Notes under the pieces: model-generated
The model's input: only the letters and a program-made list of their open reading frames with translations
Told to the model about the DNA's origin: nothing
Database searches by the model: none
Program-made: the position numbers and the translations under genes
Origin: Candidatus Saccharimonadales bacterium
GTDB taxonomy: Bacteria; Patescibacteriota; Saccharimonadia; Saccharimonadales; UBA4665
DNA length: 64,000 nucleotides
NCBI GenBank assembly: GCA_041912375.1
Contig: JAYRNA010000002.1
Span: 2,226-66,225, forward strand
Direction of reading: 5' to 3'
Shown here: positions 7,601 to 15,151 of the stretch, piece after piece
Numbering within the stretch: the stretch's first letter is position 1
Layout of the letters: each line of letters opens with the position of its first letter

Positions 7601-9808
7601 ATCAGTCGTGAAATCATTGAGACTGACGTCATGAGTTTTACAGTATGCCTGATCGGTAACTCCTTTGGAGTCCACCCCCGTGTAATAGTAAATCGCATCA
7701 TGATAGTGGCCGTTCCAGCCGCCACCACAAGTACCGGTCGACTGCCCCATACCGTAATCTTTGGAGCTTTTGCCTATGTCGCGGAGGGCACGGTAAATGT
7801 TATCGACATTAGCCTGGGTGCTTGAACTATCCTGTCCCGGCCCGATGGCTGTTGTAGAAGGCGATACGCCAGAAGTGTAAGTAAAATAATTGGGCTTGGA
7901 AATATACGGTGCGCCCGGATCTTTTACCCCCGGGCTAATATAGTCGGCATCATTCCACGACGGAGATGAAGCGCATTGACTTGCTAGTTTAGTGGCGTAA
8001 GGCGCGTCTTTGCTGCCGATTACGCTGCTGTACTTATGATTTTCAAAAATGACGACAATAACATGTTTCCATTGTCCAGTCGCCGGAGCAGGGGAACTAA
8101 CACAGGGCGCTGATGCGCTAGCCGTAGAAGCCGCGGCGGCATTGGCGACAGGGCTGCCAAACATCGAAGCGATTCCGTGGCCCGCTAGCTTTATGCCATG
8201 CAGGAGACTGCCAAAGCCGTGGCCAATCAGGGCAAAGAGCTGATGAAACGGCTGAGCTATATTTCCAGCTATGCCACCAGTGCTATGACTAGTCATAGCA
8301 ACCGAGCCGAACTCATATGCTCCGGCGTCAACTTTGCCACCAGCTGGTACTTTGTGACCGTCAAGGTCAGTATTGAAGCCAAGACCGAGGGCAGTATTTG
8401 TGCCAGCATCAATGGCTTGGCTGCCGGTCTTGAGATGCAAATCTGACGGCGGATTAACGTATTGTGCTGCAGCAGCAGAAGTTATGTTGCCGCTGCCAGG
8501 CGCACCGCCGACGCTTGTGGCACCGGCACTGGAAACAATAATGTTATTTTCATAGACAAAGGCGTTGGCATCACAGGTTCCCTGACAGACAAAGGCCGCC
8601 GCTTTAGTGGCGCCGGTAATGTAGATACTGTTGTTATATGCCTTGGTGTGAGTAATCGGGCCGTAACCATCGCCGCTAGTACCTCGAGTATTGATAAACA
8701 GAGCGTTGCCCTGTCCGCTAGCTGTGTAGCTATTGTAGGCGTAGACATTGTTGTCAGGTATGCTGGCGCCACTGTTTTTGCCTAGCTCGCTGAAGGCATT
8801 GTCATTGACTGTTCGGTTATGATGAAAAACGTTATTTGATGCCGGACTGTTGCCGCTATCTGTATATACTTCAATCGATGAACCATCATATGGGGGATAG
8901 TCGGCTGAAGTAGCGTAATTATTGGCGAAGTAGTTGTAAGCAACTTCGTTATTGTTGCCCCACATCAGAATTCCGAAAGCACCGGAGTCACCGCTCGATG
9001 TATGCAACAGCTCATTATTTACGATCTGGTTTTTCAAAACGTGGTTATGAGCCGCGTCTTGGCGCAAGAATATTCCGGCGTAATTTCCGGTCATCACAGA
9101 ATTCTGAATGGTATTGTTTGAGGCCCCTGGTTTGACGTCGAGACCGGCTGTTGTGCAACCGCTACAGTTAGCGTTGGGGTTAGCATCGGTGGTGCGAGGA
9201 CCAGTCATCTGCAGTCCATCAATCGTGTCATTACTGCCGGTGAGACTAACAATAGATCCGGTATCCGACGAAGTGGTGAAGTTTGGCAGGCTGCCAGTTC
9301 CGTAATTACCGATCGTTACTTTGCTCCATTTGATCACTAAGCCTGAGCCATACGAACAGCCACGCTTAAATAATAGTCCGTCTCCAGCTGATAAAGAGGC
9401 TGAGTTAGCCTTAGCGGTAGATTTCCAGGCAGTGGCCTGAGATTTACCATCATTTCCATCATTACCGTTTGTGCAATCAACGAAGTAGCTGGTACCGGTT
9501 ATGCCACCACCGCCGCCTCCACCACCGCCACCACCACAGTTTGACCCGGCGAATTGAACATAACGTCCATTTGAAGCGGTGCTGTCAGTACAGGGTTGAG
9601 CTGGTGCTGATAATGTGCCGTTTTCGGCTTCGGCCGAAACAAAGGCCGGCGCTGCATGACTCAATAGAATCGAGGCCGTGCCTGTGATAGCAACCAAAAT
9701 TATGACCAGCAGAAAAGTGGGGAATCTGAACGTTCGATGCTGTAAGATGGTCTGGAATCGTCCTGATTTTGACACGTATACTCTTTGTATTTCCTCTGCT
9801 TCGGCCAC
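4658..9808 (-). CDS. Giant (1716 aa) anchored/secreted multidomain surface protein: beta-helix + phosphoesterase (PLC/AcpA-type) + Ig-like/FN3 array + carbohydrate-binding-like modules
   Basis: GTG start with an N-terminal TM/signal anchor (FPTFLLVIILVAITGTASILL). Residues ~104-500 read as a parallel beta-helix ending in the typical DLHLKTGSQAIDAG...DAGAYEF. Residues ~580-857 carry HVIVVIFENHKYSSVIG and WVWDED, phosphoesterase-family-like. Repeated TAPTVSISSP/PPVVSISQP Ig-like units follow. Two FN3 units are present (PSKPSGLTASVVNSTTVNLSWQAATDNVGVAEYII; TAPTKLEAAPSTDTQIDLSWGASTD). The C-terminal module reads GGKYVNFY...NLYVD. Confidence 0.9.
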   Translation of the reverse strand: MAEAEEIQRVYVSKSGRFQTILQHRTFRFPTFLLVIILVAITGTASILLSHAAPAFVSAEAENGTLSAPAQPCTDSTASNGRYVQFAGSNCGGGGGGGGGGGITGTSYFVDCTNGNDGNDGKSQATAWKSTAKANSASLSAGDGLLFKRGCSYGSGLVIKWSKVTIGNYGTGSLPNFTTSSDTGSIVSLTGSNDTIDGLQMTGPRTTDANPNANCSGCTTAGLDVKPGASNNTIQNSVMTGNYAGIFLRQDAAHNHVLKNQIVNNELLHTSSGDSGAFGILMWGNNNEVAYNYFANNYATSADYPPYDGSSIEVYTDSGNSPASNNVFHHNRTVNDNAFSELGKNSGASIPDNNVYAYNSYTASGQGNALFINTRGTSGDGYGPITHTKAYNNSIYITGATKAAAFVCQGTCDANAFVYENNIIVSSAGATSVGGAPGSGNITSAAAAQYVNPPSDLHLKTGSQAIDAGTNTALGLGFNTDLDGHKVPAGGKVDAGAYEFGSVAMTSHSTGGIAGNIAQPFHQLFALIGHGFGSLLHGIKLAGHGIASMFGSPVANAAAASTASASAPCVSSPAPATGQWKHVIVVIFENHKYSSVIGSKDAPYATKLASQCASSPSWNDADYISPGVKDPGAPYISKPNYFTYTSGVSPSTTAIGPGQDSSSTQANVDNIYRALRDIGKSSKDYGMGQSTGTCGGGWNGHYHDAIYYYTGVDSKGVTDQAYCKTHDVSLNDFTTDLNNNSLPDFSIVLPDNCHNGHSCSSVSNIVSNADNWAAGFFPQIFNSAVYKAGETAVFWVWDEDTPIPNVQIAPSVVPGTISPNTSHYGALLTWEQMLGTRLIGTTGQAVHAPESQLSVFTRGGGGGGGGGDTTAPTVSISSPASGSTVSASVAVNAAASDNVAVARVDFLVDGNVKASDSTAPYSFNLDTTTLSNGNHTISANAYDTAASPNKGVSNAVTVNVQNKPVGCPTGPPTTYGVDSSTITAPSSGPYHIWTRIKAPDSTNNSVFIRTDGLCDTVVGDSSSIPAGQWTWVDYAAGSTSNKLSATLTAGNHPLVVTGREPGVQLDRVMLLLDSCVPTGTGDNCTTQPDTTPPTATLTSPTANQTVGNPISLAASASDNAGGSGVSRVDFTLDGTVIASAIKQPYTASWDSSSTNSGSHQICAIAVDGAGLKSPQSCVTITLKDTKPPVVSISQPANNSTVSGTVTITATATDNVGLTGADVLVDGKIIQSFSSTFGVYNVSWNTTQYSVGSHTIQVKAKDTAGNVGSSPLVTVSVSNGDKTPPSKPSGLTASVVNSTTVNLSWQAATDNVGVAEYIITRNGANLSQEATGTTFTDTGLAAHTNYTYTVTAVDTSGNLSSPSSSVQVQTPTSQDTIAPTAPTKLEAAPSTDTQIDLSWGASTDSGGSGIAGYKIYRNSKEVFTTSDTSYGDTNLSASTTYSYTVKAFDGAGNLSQNSNTASATTKPKQTDNQDPPKVSLSSPSNGATVSGTVTVKASASSTSGIAEVMLIIDGKQGPSVLNPPSSSISLAWQTTGTSNGNHLLSVRAVGKNGQVAATTPINLNVSNGGGTGSSLSGKIVETEKMKLSSRHLVIKSSNSASGGKYVNFYVNGNAKADFKLERPATIVTLRAQGEQCNGAPHAVVTVDEHKVGSLTVTAGWHTYNLPTNLRSGKHKLTIAFDNDYWTGRSGCDRNLYVDATSFSDTIIRIQEPKNEDD
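7208..7234 (-). repeat. Gly9 linker encoded by (CCCCCA)3-type tract
   Basis: The plus strand reads accaccgcccccacccccacccccacc, encoding G859-G867 between the phosphoesterase and Ig-like modules. Confidence 0.8.
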
Positions 9809-9903
9809 AGTTAGATAGTCCTCGCAAAACTTTGAACCATAGAAGCCAGATGATTTTTGTTACTTTTCATAGGTAATTACCACTTGCAAAGTACTTAAGC
9901 TAG

Positions 9904-9932
9904 ACAATACAGGTAATGTATTTGTATGTCAA
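9904..9932 (-). promoter_or_regulatory. Candidate promoter of the giant gene (TTGACA-N17-TATTGT)
   Basis: Reverse complement of 9904..9932 gives TTGACA tacaaatacattacctg TATTGT. It lies about 90 nt upstream of the GTG start. Confidence 0.4.
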
Positions 9933-10124
9933 CAACTAACTATGTATTGCGCTAATGGTATTTATGTTTGAGCCAATAATATCGAGCCGCGGTGGAGACT
10001 AGAAAATGTTAACTGTTGCCTGGAAACGTGGGTAGACCTAGTAGCTATTATTCCTGAAACCTTGTAGCGCCGTTATATGTTTGGGAAGCTAAAATCGAAT
10101 TATCGTTACCAGTTAGATGATGAA

Positions 10125-10628
10125 TTACGCTCTTGGCGCGTAAGACAGACAATAAATATCATCGATCTCTATCATGTGCTGCAATTTTTCAGGTTGCTCA
10201 CCTACTGATTCGACCAAAAAGAGTGCTTTATGATGCTCGTCTCCGTTATGCTCAATCACTTTTTCGAGAATCGCATTCTCTATAAATCTACCGTCATTGA
10301 GAAACAGGACTAATCGTCTGTCGCTTTGCGCTGATGCTTTACTTCTAGTGTTGTTCGAGAGTGATTGCTCGAGCTTGAGCAGGCTGACCACATTGGCTGA
10401 CCCCATCCTGGCGACCACCGGTCTATCTGGGCTTTGACCAGGCGTCAGCAGATAGTCATATTTTGCTTCAATCGTTACTGGAACCGATCTGTCACCGTGA
10501 AGTATCAATTGTGCTAGTTGACTGCTTCGTCCCTCAAAAGCCGAGCTTGGCTGAGTAACCAGCTTATTAAAGCTGTCAGCGGTATAATCCGGCAATAAAT
10601 CTTGAGACGACGCTTCAAAACTGTCCAT
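10125..10628 (-). CDS. Hypothetical protein (167 aa), no recognisable family
   Basis: Intact ORF with ordinary composition. TAGAAT lies 11 nt upstream of the ATG. Flanked by a tRNA. Confidence 0.5.
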   Translation of the reverse strand: MDSFEASSQDLLPDYTADSFNKLVTQPSSAFEGRSSQLAQLILHGDRSVPVTIEAKYDYLLTPGQSPDRPVVARMGSANVVSLLKLEQSLSNNTRSKASAQSDRRLVLFLNDGRFIENAILEKVIEHNGDEHHKALFLVESVGEQPEKLQHMIEIDDIYCLSYAPRA

Positions 10629-10730
10629 AAACTGTTTCTATTCTACTCCACAAAGACATTATCACCAGCCGTAGGTTAAAAATAGAAAAATTTTCGAAAA
10701 AAAGAATGAAGAATATAATTCCAAACTACT

Positions 10731-10807
10731 TGGTACCAGGGGCGAGGCTCGAACTCGCGACCTCAGGCTTATGAGTCCTGCGCTCTAACCGGCTGAGCTA
10801 CCCTGGC
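10731..10807 (-). tRNA. tRNA with CAU anticodon (elongator Met or Ile2/lysidine), CCA encoded
   Basis: Folded by hand: GCCAGGG ta GCTC agccggtta GAGC g CAGGA CTCATAA GCCTG aggtc GCGAG ttcgagc CTCGC CCCTGGT a CCA. It has G1.U72 and an A31.G39 mismatch. The anticodon stem lacks the three G-C pairs of an initiator. Confidence 0.85.
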
Positions 10808-10809
10808 GT

Positions 10810-10826
10810 AACAGAGTACAAATATA
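10810..10826 (-). promoter_or_regulatory. tRNA-upstream element, variant copy (TATATTTGTACTCTGTT)
   Basis: A -10-like TATATT followed by ...CTCTGTT, ending 2 nt before the mature tRNA 5' end. It shares the CTCTGTT core with four other tRNA-upstream copies. Confidence 0.45.
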
Positions 10827-10853
10827 GCATAATTTACATCTGTTGACTAGCCA

Positions 10854-11624
10854 TTAGTATTTCTTGAATGCTAAATAAAAGGCTGTAGTCATGCCGATAG
10901 CGATTATCACCAGTCGTATTGTTTGAGATGAAACTTTCTGGATACTAGTTGCCCCTACATAGCCACCGATTAAACTACCGCAACCCATAATTAAGCCTTG
11001 TCTCCAGTCGATTAAGTTAGCTCCTGCTAGGCAGGCTAAGGATGTTAATGCCAGGCAAGTAGTGATAATGCTCTTTAGGGCGTTCATTCTATGGATGTGA
11101 TCGTGCAGTTTGGTGAACCCCAAAAACGCCAACATGATGAAGCCAAAGCCGGCCCCGAAAAAACCGCCGTAAATGGATAGTGGCAACATGGCAATTCCGA
11201 CAATCACTAATGGCCGGACAGCTTGTCGATTTTGTTTTGATCCGTGCAAATGACGCTGAAGTTGTTTGTACAAATACGGTTGAAAGGCAAATAAAATAAC
11301 GGCAGAAAATATCAACCACGGTATTAGTTGTTCAAAACCAGTTGGAGAGATGTGTTTCAGGGCGGTTGAGCCAATAGCTGCTCCGATAATTGCCGGCAAG
11401 AGTAACACCAGGTAACTTCTCGGCACCTTATTTAGATATTTGCGGTAGCCCCAAACTGCTGCGATATTCCCAGGCAAAACGATAATGTTGGTGGTGGCAT
11501 TAATGGTGAGGGCCGGAATCCCGAGTGCTAGCATGGCCGGAAAGCCAACCAACATGCCACCACCGGCGATGGCGTTCATGACACCGACGATCATGCCCAC
11601 AAAGAAAAGGATCAATTCTGTCAT
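10854..11624 (-). CDS. TauE/SafE (TSUP) family anion exporter membrane protein
   Basis: The N-terminus MTELILFFVGMIVGVMNAIAGGGMLVGFPAMLALGIP and a second GGxxG-type repeat (IYGGFFGAGFGFIM) are typical of the family. About 8 TM. Confidence 0.8.
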   Translation of the reverse strand: MTELILFFVGMIVGVMNAIAGGGMLVGFPAMLALGIPALTINATTNIIVLPGNIAAVWGYRKYLNKVPRSYLVLLLPAIIGAAIGSTALKHISPTGFEQLIPWLIFSAVILFAFQPYLYKQLQRHLHGSKQNRQAVRPLVIVGIAMLPLSIYGGFFGAGFGFIMLAFLGFTKLHDHIHRMNALKSIITTCLALTSLACLAGANLIDWRQGLIMGCGSLIGGYVGATSIQKVSSQTIRLVIIAIGMTTAFYLAFKKY

Positions 11625-11697
11625 ATTTATGTTGTTGAAACTTTGGTTAGTGTAGCAAAATACTGGGGTGGAAGCTAGTGAGACCGCTTCGCTTCAA

Positions 11698-12240
11698 TTA
11701 GATAAAGCGCACAAGCTCAGCATTTTTTAGCGATGTACCGCGTTGACCAAGAGATTGATTTTTGGCAGCTCGTCTCAACGCTCGGCCTAGCGCGCCGTGA
11801 CCGACCACCAAAACAGTATCTCCCGGGAGCGTATCAAGGTAGGCCAGCAGTGTTTCGGCTCGTCCCTGTAATTCGATAAGTGTTTCGACGCCCGTATACT
11901 CGTCAATACCGGCTTCACTGGCTAGGTATTTGGCCGCTGCCACCGGATCGCGGCTAGCTTCGAGTATCCCAAAGTTTCGTTCAATAGCCAGGGGAGACAA
12001 TATAATTGAGTCTTGATCATAGTTGACACGTTTTGAAATATGCTTGGCGGTTTGGTGGGCGCGGGAGAGCGGTGAGCTAACGATAACATCGAACTCCAAA
12101 CCTGATTTATTGGCTTGTTTGCCTGCCCGCTTGGCCTGGCGATGGCCTTTACGAGTTAGGGGTGTATCTGTTGTGCCTGCCCACTTTTTGGCGCGATTGA
12201 GCTTGCTTTGACCGTGTCTGATGAAATACAGTTGCTTCAC
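11698..12240 (-). CDS. Histidine phosphatase family protein (phosphoglycerate-mutase-like)
   Basis: LYFIRHGQSKLN...TPLTRKGHRQA is the RHG catalytic motif. The track ORF starts at a TTG at 12297 and would overlap tilS by 43 nt. The GTG at 12240 (VKQLYFIRHG) gives a normal N-terminus. Confidence 0.8.
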   Translation of the reverse strand: MKQLYFIRHGQSKLNRAKKWAGTTDTPLTRKGHRQAKRAGKQANKSGLEFDVIVSSPLSRAHQTAKHISKRVNYDQDSIILSPLAIERNFGILEASRDPVAAAKYLASEAGIDEYTGVETLIELQGRAETLLAYLDTLPGDTVLVVGHGALGRALRRAAKNQSLGQRGTSLKNAELVRFI

Positions 12241-12242
12241 TA

Positions 12243-12252
12243 TATAATTATA
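12243..12252. promoter_or_regulatory. Back-to-back overlapping -10 boxes in a 14-nt divergent intergenic gap
   Basis: The sequence is cac|TATATAATTATAAG|atg. TATAAT on the plus strand (12243..12248) lies 6 nt before the tilS ATG. TATAAT on the minus strand (12252..12247) lies 6 nt before the phosphatase GTG. Confidence 0.45.
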
Positions 12253-12254
12253 AG

Positions 12255-13151
12255 ATGAATGTGGGGCTGAAACCAGGCTGCTATGTCGTGGCCGCAAGCG
12301 GCGGCGTTGATTCCATGGTGCTACTTCATGCTCTGTCGCGCCAATATGATCGAAAGACCCATCGCTTTGTTGTTGCTCATCTCGATCATGGCATCAGACC
12401 CGACTCACACAAGGATCGTCAGTTGGTTCAGGCGGTTGCTCAGGGCTATCGGATACCTTTCGTTTATTACGAGATAAAGCTTGGCCCCAGGGCAAGCGAA
12501 GCTGTTGCTCGCCGGGCTCGCTATGATTTTTTGCGTCAAGTCCGCCACGCTAGTAATGCCAAAGCAATTGTAACGGCTCACCATCAAGACGATGCCATAG
12601 AGACAGCGATTATCAATCTGATTAGAGGAACGGGGCGAAGAGGGTTAACTTCACTTGGTAGCCAGGAGGGTCTGATTAGGCCGTTACTTGGTATGTCCAA
12701 AGCTGACATTAAGCGCTATGCCCAAGCGGAAGCAGTGGTTTGGCGCGAGGATAGCAGTAATAGCGATGAGCGTTATCTGCGTAATTATGTTCGCCGACAA
12801 GCGCTACCTCGGCTTAGTGATGAAGCTCGCGCCAAATTTCTAAAGATCATGTCTGATCTAGCCGATATTAACACCTCGCTTGATAATGCTTTGCAAACCA
12901 GTCTGCATTTACAATCGAAACCCAAAATAATTGATCGAGCTTGGTTCAGTCATTTACCACACTTAGTCGCTTGCGAAGTTATGGCCGCATGGCTAAGAGC
13001 ACATGACATGGCTGCTCCTAATCGTAGGCTTATCGAGAAGTTGGTTGTTGCCGGCAAAACAGGGCAAGCAGGCAAGCGGTACTCGGTCGCAGGCGGAGGT
13101 GCAATGAAGCTTGATAAACAATATTTGGCACTCATACCCGCGGAGCGCTAG
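12255..13151 (+). CDS. tilS: tRNA(Ile)-lysidine synthase
   Basis: PP-loop VVAASGGVDSMVLLHAL, with DHGIRP and HHQDD motifs. Length is typical of short TilS. Confidence 0.85.
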   Translation: MNVGLKPGCYVVAASGGVDSMVLLHALSRQYDRKTHRFVVAHLDHGIRPDSHKDRQLVQAVAQGYRIPFVYYEIKLGPRASEAVARRARYDFLRQVRHASNAKAIVTAHHQDDAIETAIINLIRGTGRRGLTSLGSQEGLIRPLLGMSKADIKRYAQAEAVVWREDSSNSDERYLRNYVRRQALPRLSDEARAKFLKIMSDLADINTSLDNALQTSLHLQSKPKIIDRAWFSHLPHLVACEVMAAWLRAHDMAAPNRRLIEKLVVAGKTGQAGKRYSVAGGGAMKLDKQYLALIPAER

Positions 13152-13172
13152 GCAAATAATAATCACGGCGTT

Positions 13173-13178
13173 ATAATA
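13173..13178 (+). promoter_or_regulatory. -10 box (TATAAT) 8 nt upstream of the ftsH ATG (leaderless-type)
   Basis: The sequence is gTTATAATattgctactATG, with no SD between the -10 and the start. Confidence 0.4.
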
Positions 13179-13186
13179 TTGCTACT

Positions 13187-15055
13187 ATGGATAAAAAGCC
13201 CCGACGTTCTGCTCGTAAACCAGGCAAGGGTAATAACCGTGGCATAAAAAATGCCGGTTTCATAGCGCTTATTATCCTATTTGGTTTGATCGTGTTTGCT
13301 GCTGCCAATCAGCCTAGTCCACTCAAAGAGATACCAGCTACCCAGGCGATCGCTGACACCAACGCCGGTAAATACAGCAAAATAGTTGTCAATAGTAATC
13401 AACTGGAAATAACTCCAAAAGGTGAATCGCACCCTAGCCTTAAGGCTTATGTTGATGGCCAATCCAGTCTTAAGGAGCAGGGGTTCAATACGTCAAAGGT
13501 GACAGTGTCTTATAAACCCCAGACAAGCAACAACTCAGCCTGGCTGAGTATTGCGACCTCTATAATTCCGGTTGTAATTATTGCTGGGGTACTGTATTTC
13601 ATGTTGCGCAGTGCTCAAGGGCAGGGCAATCAAGCACTAAGCTTCGGTAAAAGCCGAGCTCGTTTATACGGTAACGAGAAAGACAAAGTTACCTTCAAAG
13701 AAATTGCTGGCAGTGATGAAGCCAAGCAGGACCTTCAAGAAGTAGTTGAGTTTCTGAAGTTTCCCAAGAAATTTGCTGGCATGGGTGCCAAGATTCCAAA
13801 AGGCGTCATGTTGGTTGGTCCGCCTGGAACTGGCAAAACTTTATTAGCCCGGGCAGTTGCCGGTGAAGCCAATGTCCCTTTCTTTAGCATTTCGGGATCA
13901 GAGTTTGTTGAAATGTTTGTCGGGGTCGGTGCTTCGCGAGTTCGTGATCTGTTTGCCAAAGCTAAGAAAAACGCCCCGTGCATAATATTTGTCGATGAGA
14001 TTGATGCAGTCGGTCGCCGACGGGGCTCGGGCATGGGCGGCGGTCACGACGAACGTGAACAGACGCTCAATCAAATCCTGGTCGAAATGGACGGTTTTGA
14101 ACAGGGCCAAAACGTCATCGTGCTGGCTGCAACTAATCGTGTCGATGTGCTTGATCCGGCCTTGCTTCGTCCTGGGCGATTTGACCGTCGGGTAAATATT
14201 GGTCTGCCTGACCGTAAAGATAGAGAAGCGATACTTAAAGTACACTTTGCCGAGAAGCCTTTGGCCAAACTAGTTGATCTTGATTCCTTGGCTGCAAAGG
14301 CCGCAGGTTCATCTGGCGCCGACCTGGCTAATATCGCCAACGAAGCCGCGATTATTGCGGCCCGAAACAGTCACAACGAGATAACTCAGCACGACGTCAC
14401 TGAGGCCTTTGAGCGAGTAGCGATCGGACCGGAGCGAAAAAGCAAAGTCATGACCGAGGCCGACAAAGTTACTACAGCCTATCATGAGGCTGGCCATGCT
14501 CTGGTTGGCCACGTCTTGCCAGATAGTGATCCAGTACATAAAGTAACGATTATTCCGCGCGGCGGTACTGGAGGAGTAACCTGGTTTATTCCGCCAGAAG
14601 ATCGAATGTTTGTGTCGCTGATTCAGTTTAAAGATATGCTGGCGCGCGGCTTGGGCGGTCGGATTGCTGAGGAGGTGGTGTTGGGACATGACCGAATCAC
14701 AACTGGTGCTGGCAATGATCTACAGCAAGCTGCCGAGTTAGCTCGCGACATGATCACCAATCAAGGCATGGGCAAACGATTACGCGATCAGGTATTCCAT
14801 GTCGATGATGGCATGATGCTCGACCGATTAGTACATGAGCGTGAGTATTCCGATGAAACCGCCAAGCTGATTGATGAAGAAGTAGAGAGCTTGATAACCG
14901 AGGCCGCCAACCGAGCACGTATCGTTATCAAGGCTAACTTAGATAAACTAGAAAATCTCAAGGATCGACTCTTGAAAAAAGAAACAGTTGACGCCGACGA
15001 AGTTACTCAAGCCTTACACGGCGCCAAAATGCCACAGGCGGCATCCCTTTACTAG
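13187..15055 (+). CDS. ftsH: ATP-dependent zinc metalloprotease FtsH
   Basis: Walker [19 protein letters not shown], the second region of homology, the zinc site HEAGHAL, and two N-terminal TM helices. Confidence 0.97.
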   Translation: MDKKPRRSARKPGKGNNRGIKNAGFIALIILFGLIVFAAANQPSPLKEIPATQAIADTNAGKYSKIVVNSNQLEITPKGESHPSLKAYVDGQSSLKEQGFNTSKVTVSYKPQTSNNSAWLSIATSIIPVVIIAGVLYFMLRSAQGQGNQALSFGKSRARLYGNEKDKVTFKEIAGSDEAKQDLQEVVEFLKFPKKFAGMGAKIPKGVMLVGPPGTGKTLLARAVAGEANVPFFSISGSEFVEMFVGVGASRVRDLFAKAKKNAPCIIFVDEIDAVGRRRGSGMGGGHDEREQTLNQILVEMDGFEQGQNVIVLAATNRVDVLDPALLRPGRFDRRVNIGLPDRKDREAILKVHFAEKPLAKLVDLDSLAAKAAGSSGADLANIANEAAIIAARNSHNEITQHDVTEAFERVAIGPERKSKVMTEADKVTTAYHEAGHALVGHVLPDSDPVHKVTIIPRGGTGGVTWFIPPEDRMFVSLIQFKDMLARGLGGRIAEEVVLGHDRITTGAGNDLQQAAELARDMITNQGMGKRLRDQVFHVDDGMMLDRLVHEREYSDETAKLIDEEVESLITEAANRARIVIKANLDKLENLKDRLLKKETVDADEVTQALHGAKMPQAASLY

Positions 15056-15151
15056 GCGAGTCTTAAGAATAAATATTTTCTTTTCTTTCTCCTGTTATCG
15101 CGAGCTGGCCTGCTTTATACTGGTAGATGATCAAAAAGCAATGAAGCGTGC

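Noticed and set aside
9503-9535. The first poly-Gly (Gly11) tract of the giant gene as a slippage or phase-variation site.
   Set aside because: It is encoded by mixed GGT/GGC/GGA codons with no repeat unit at the DNA level.
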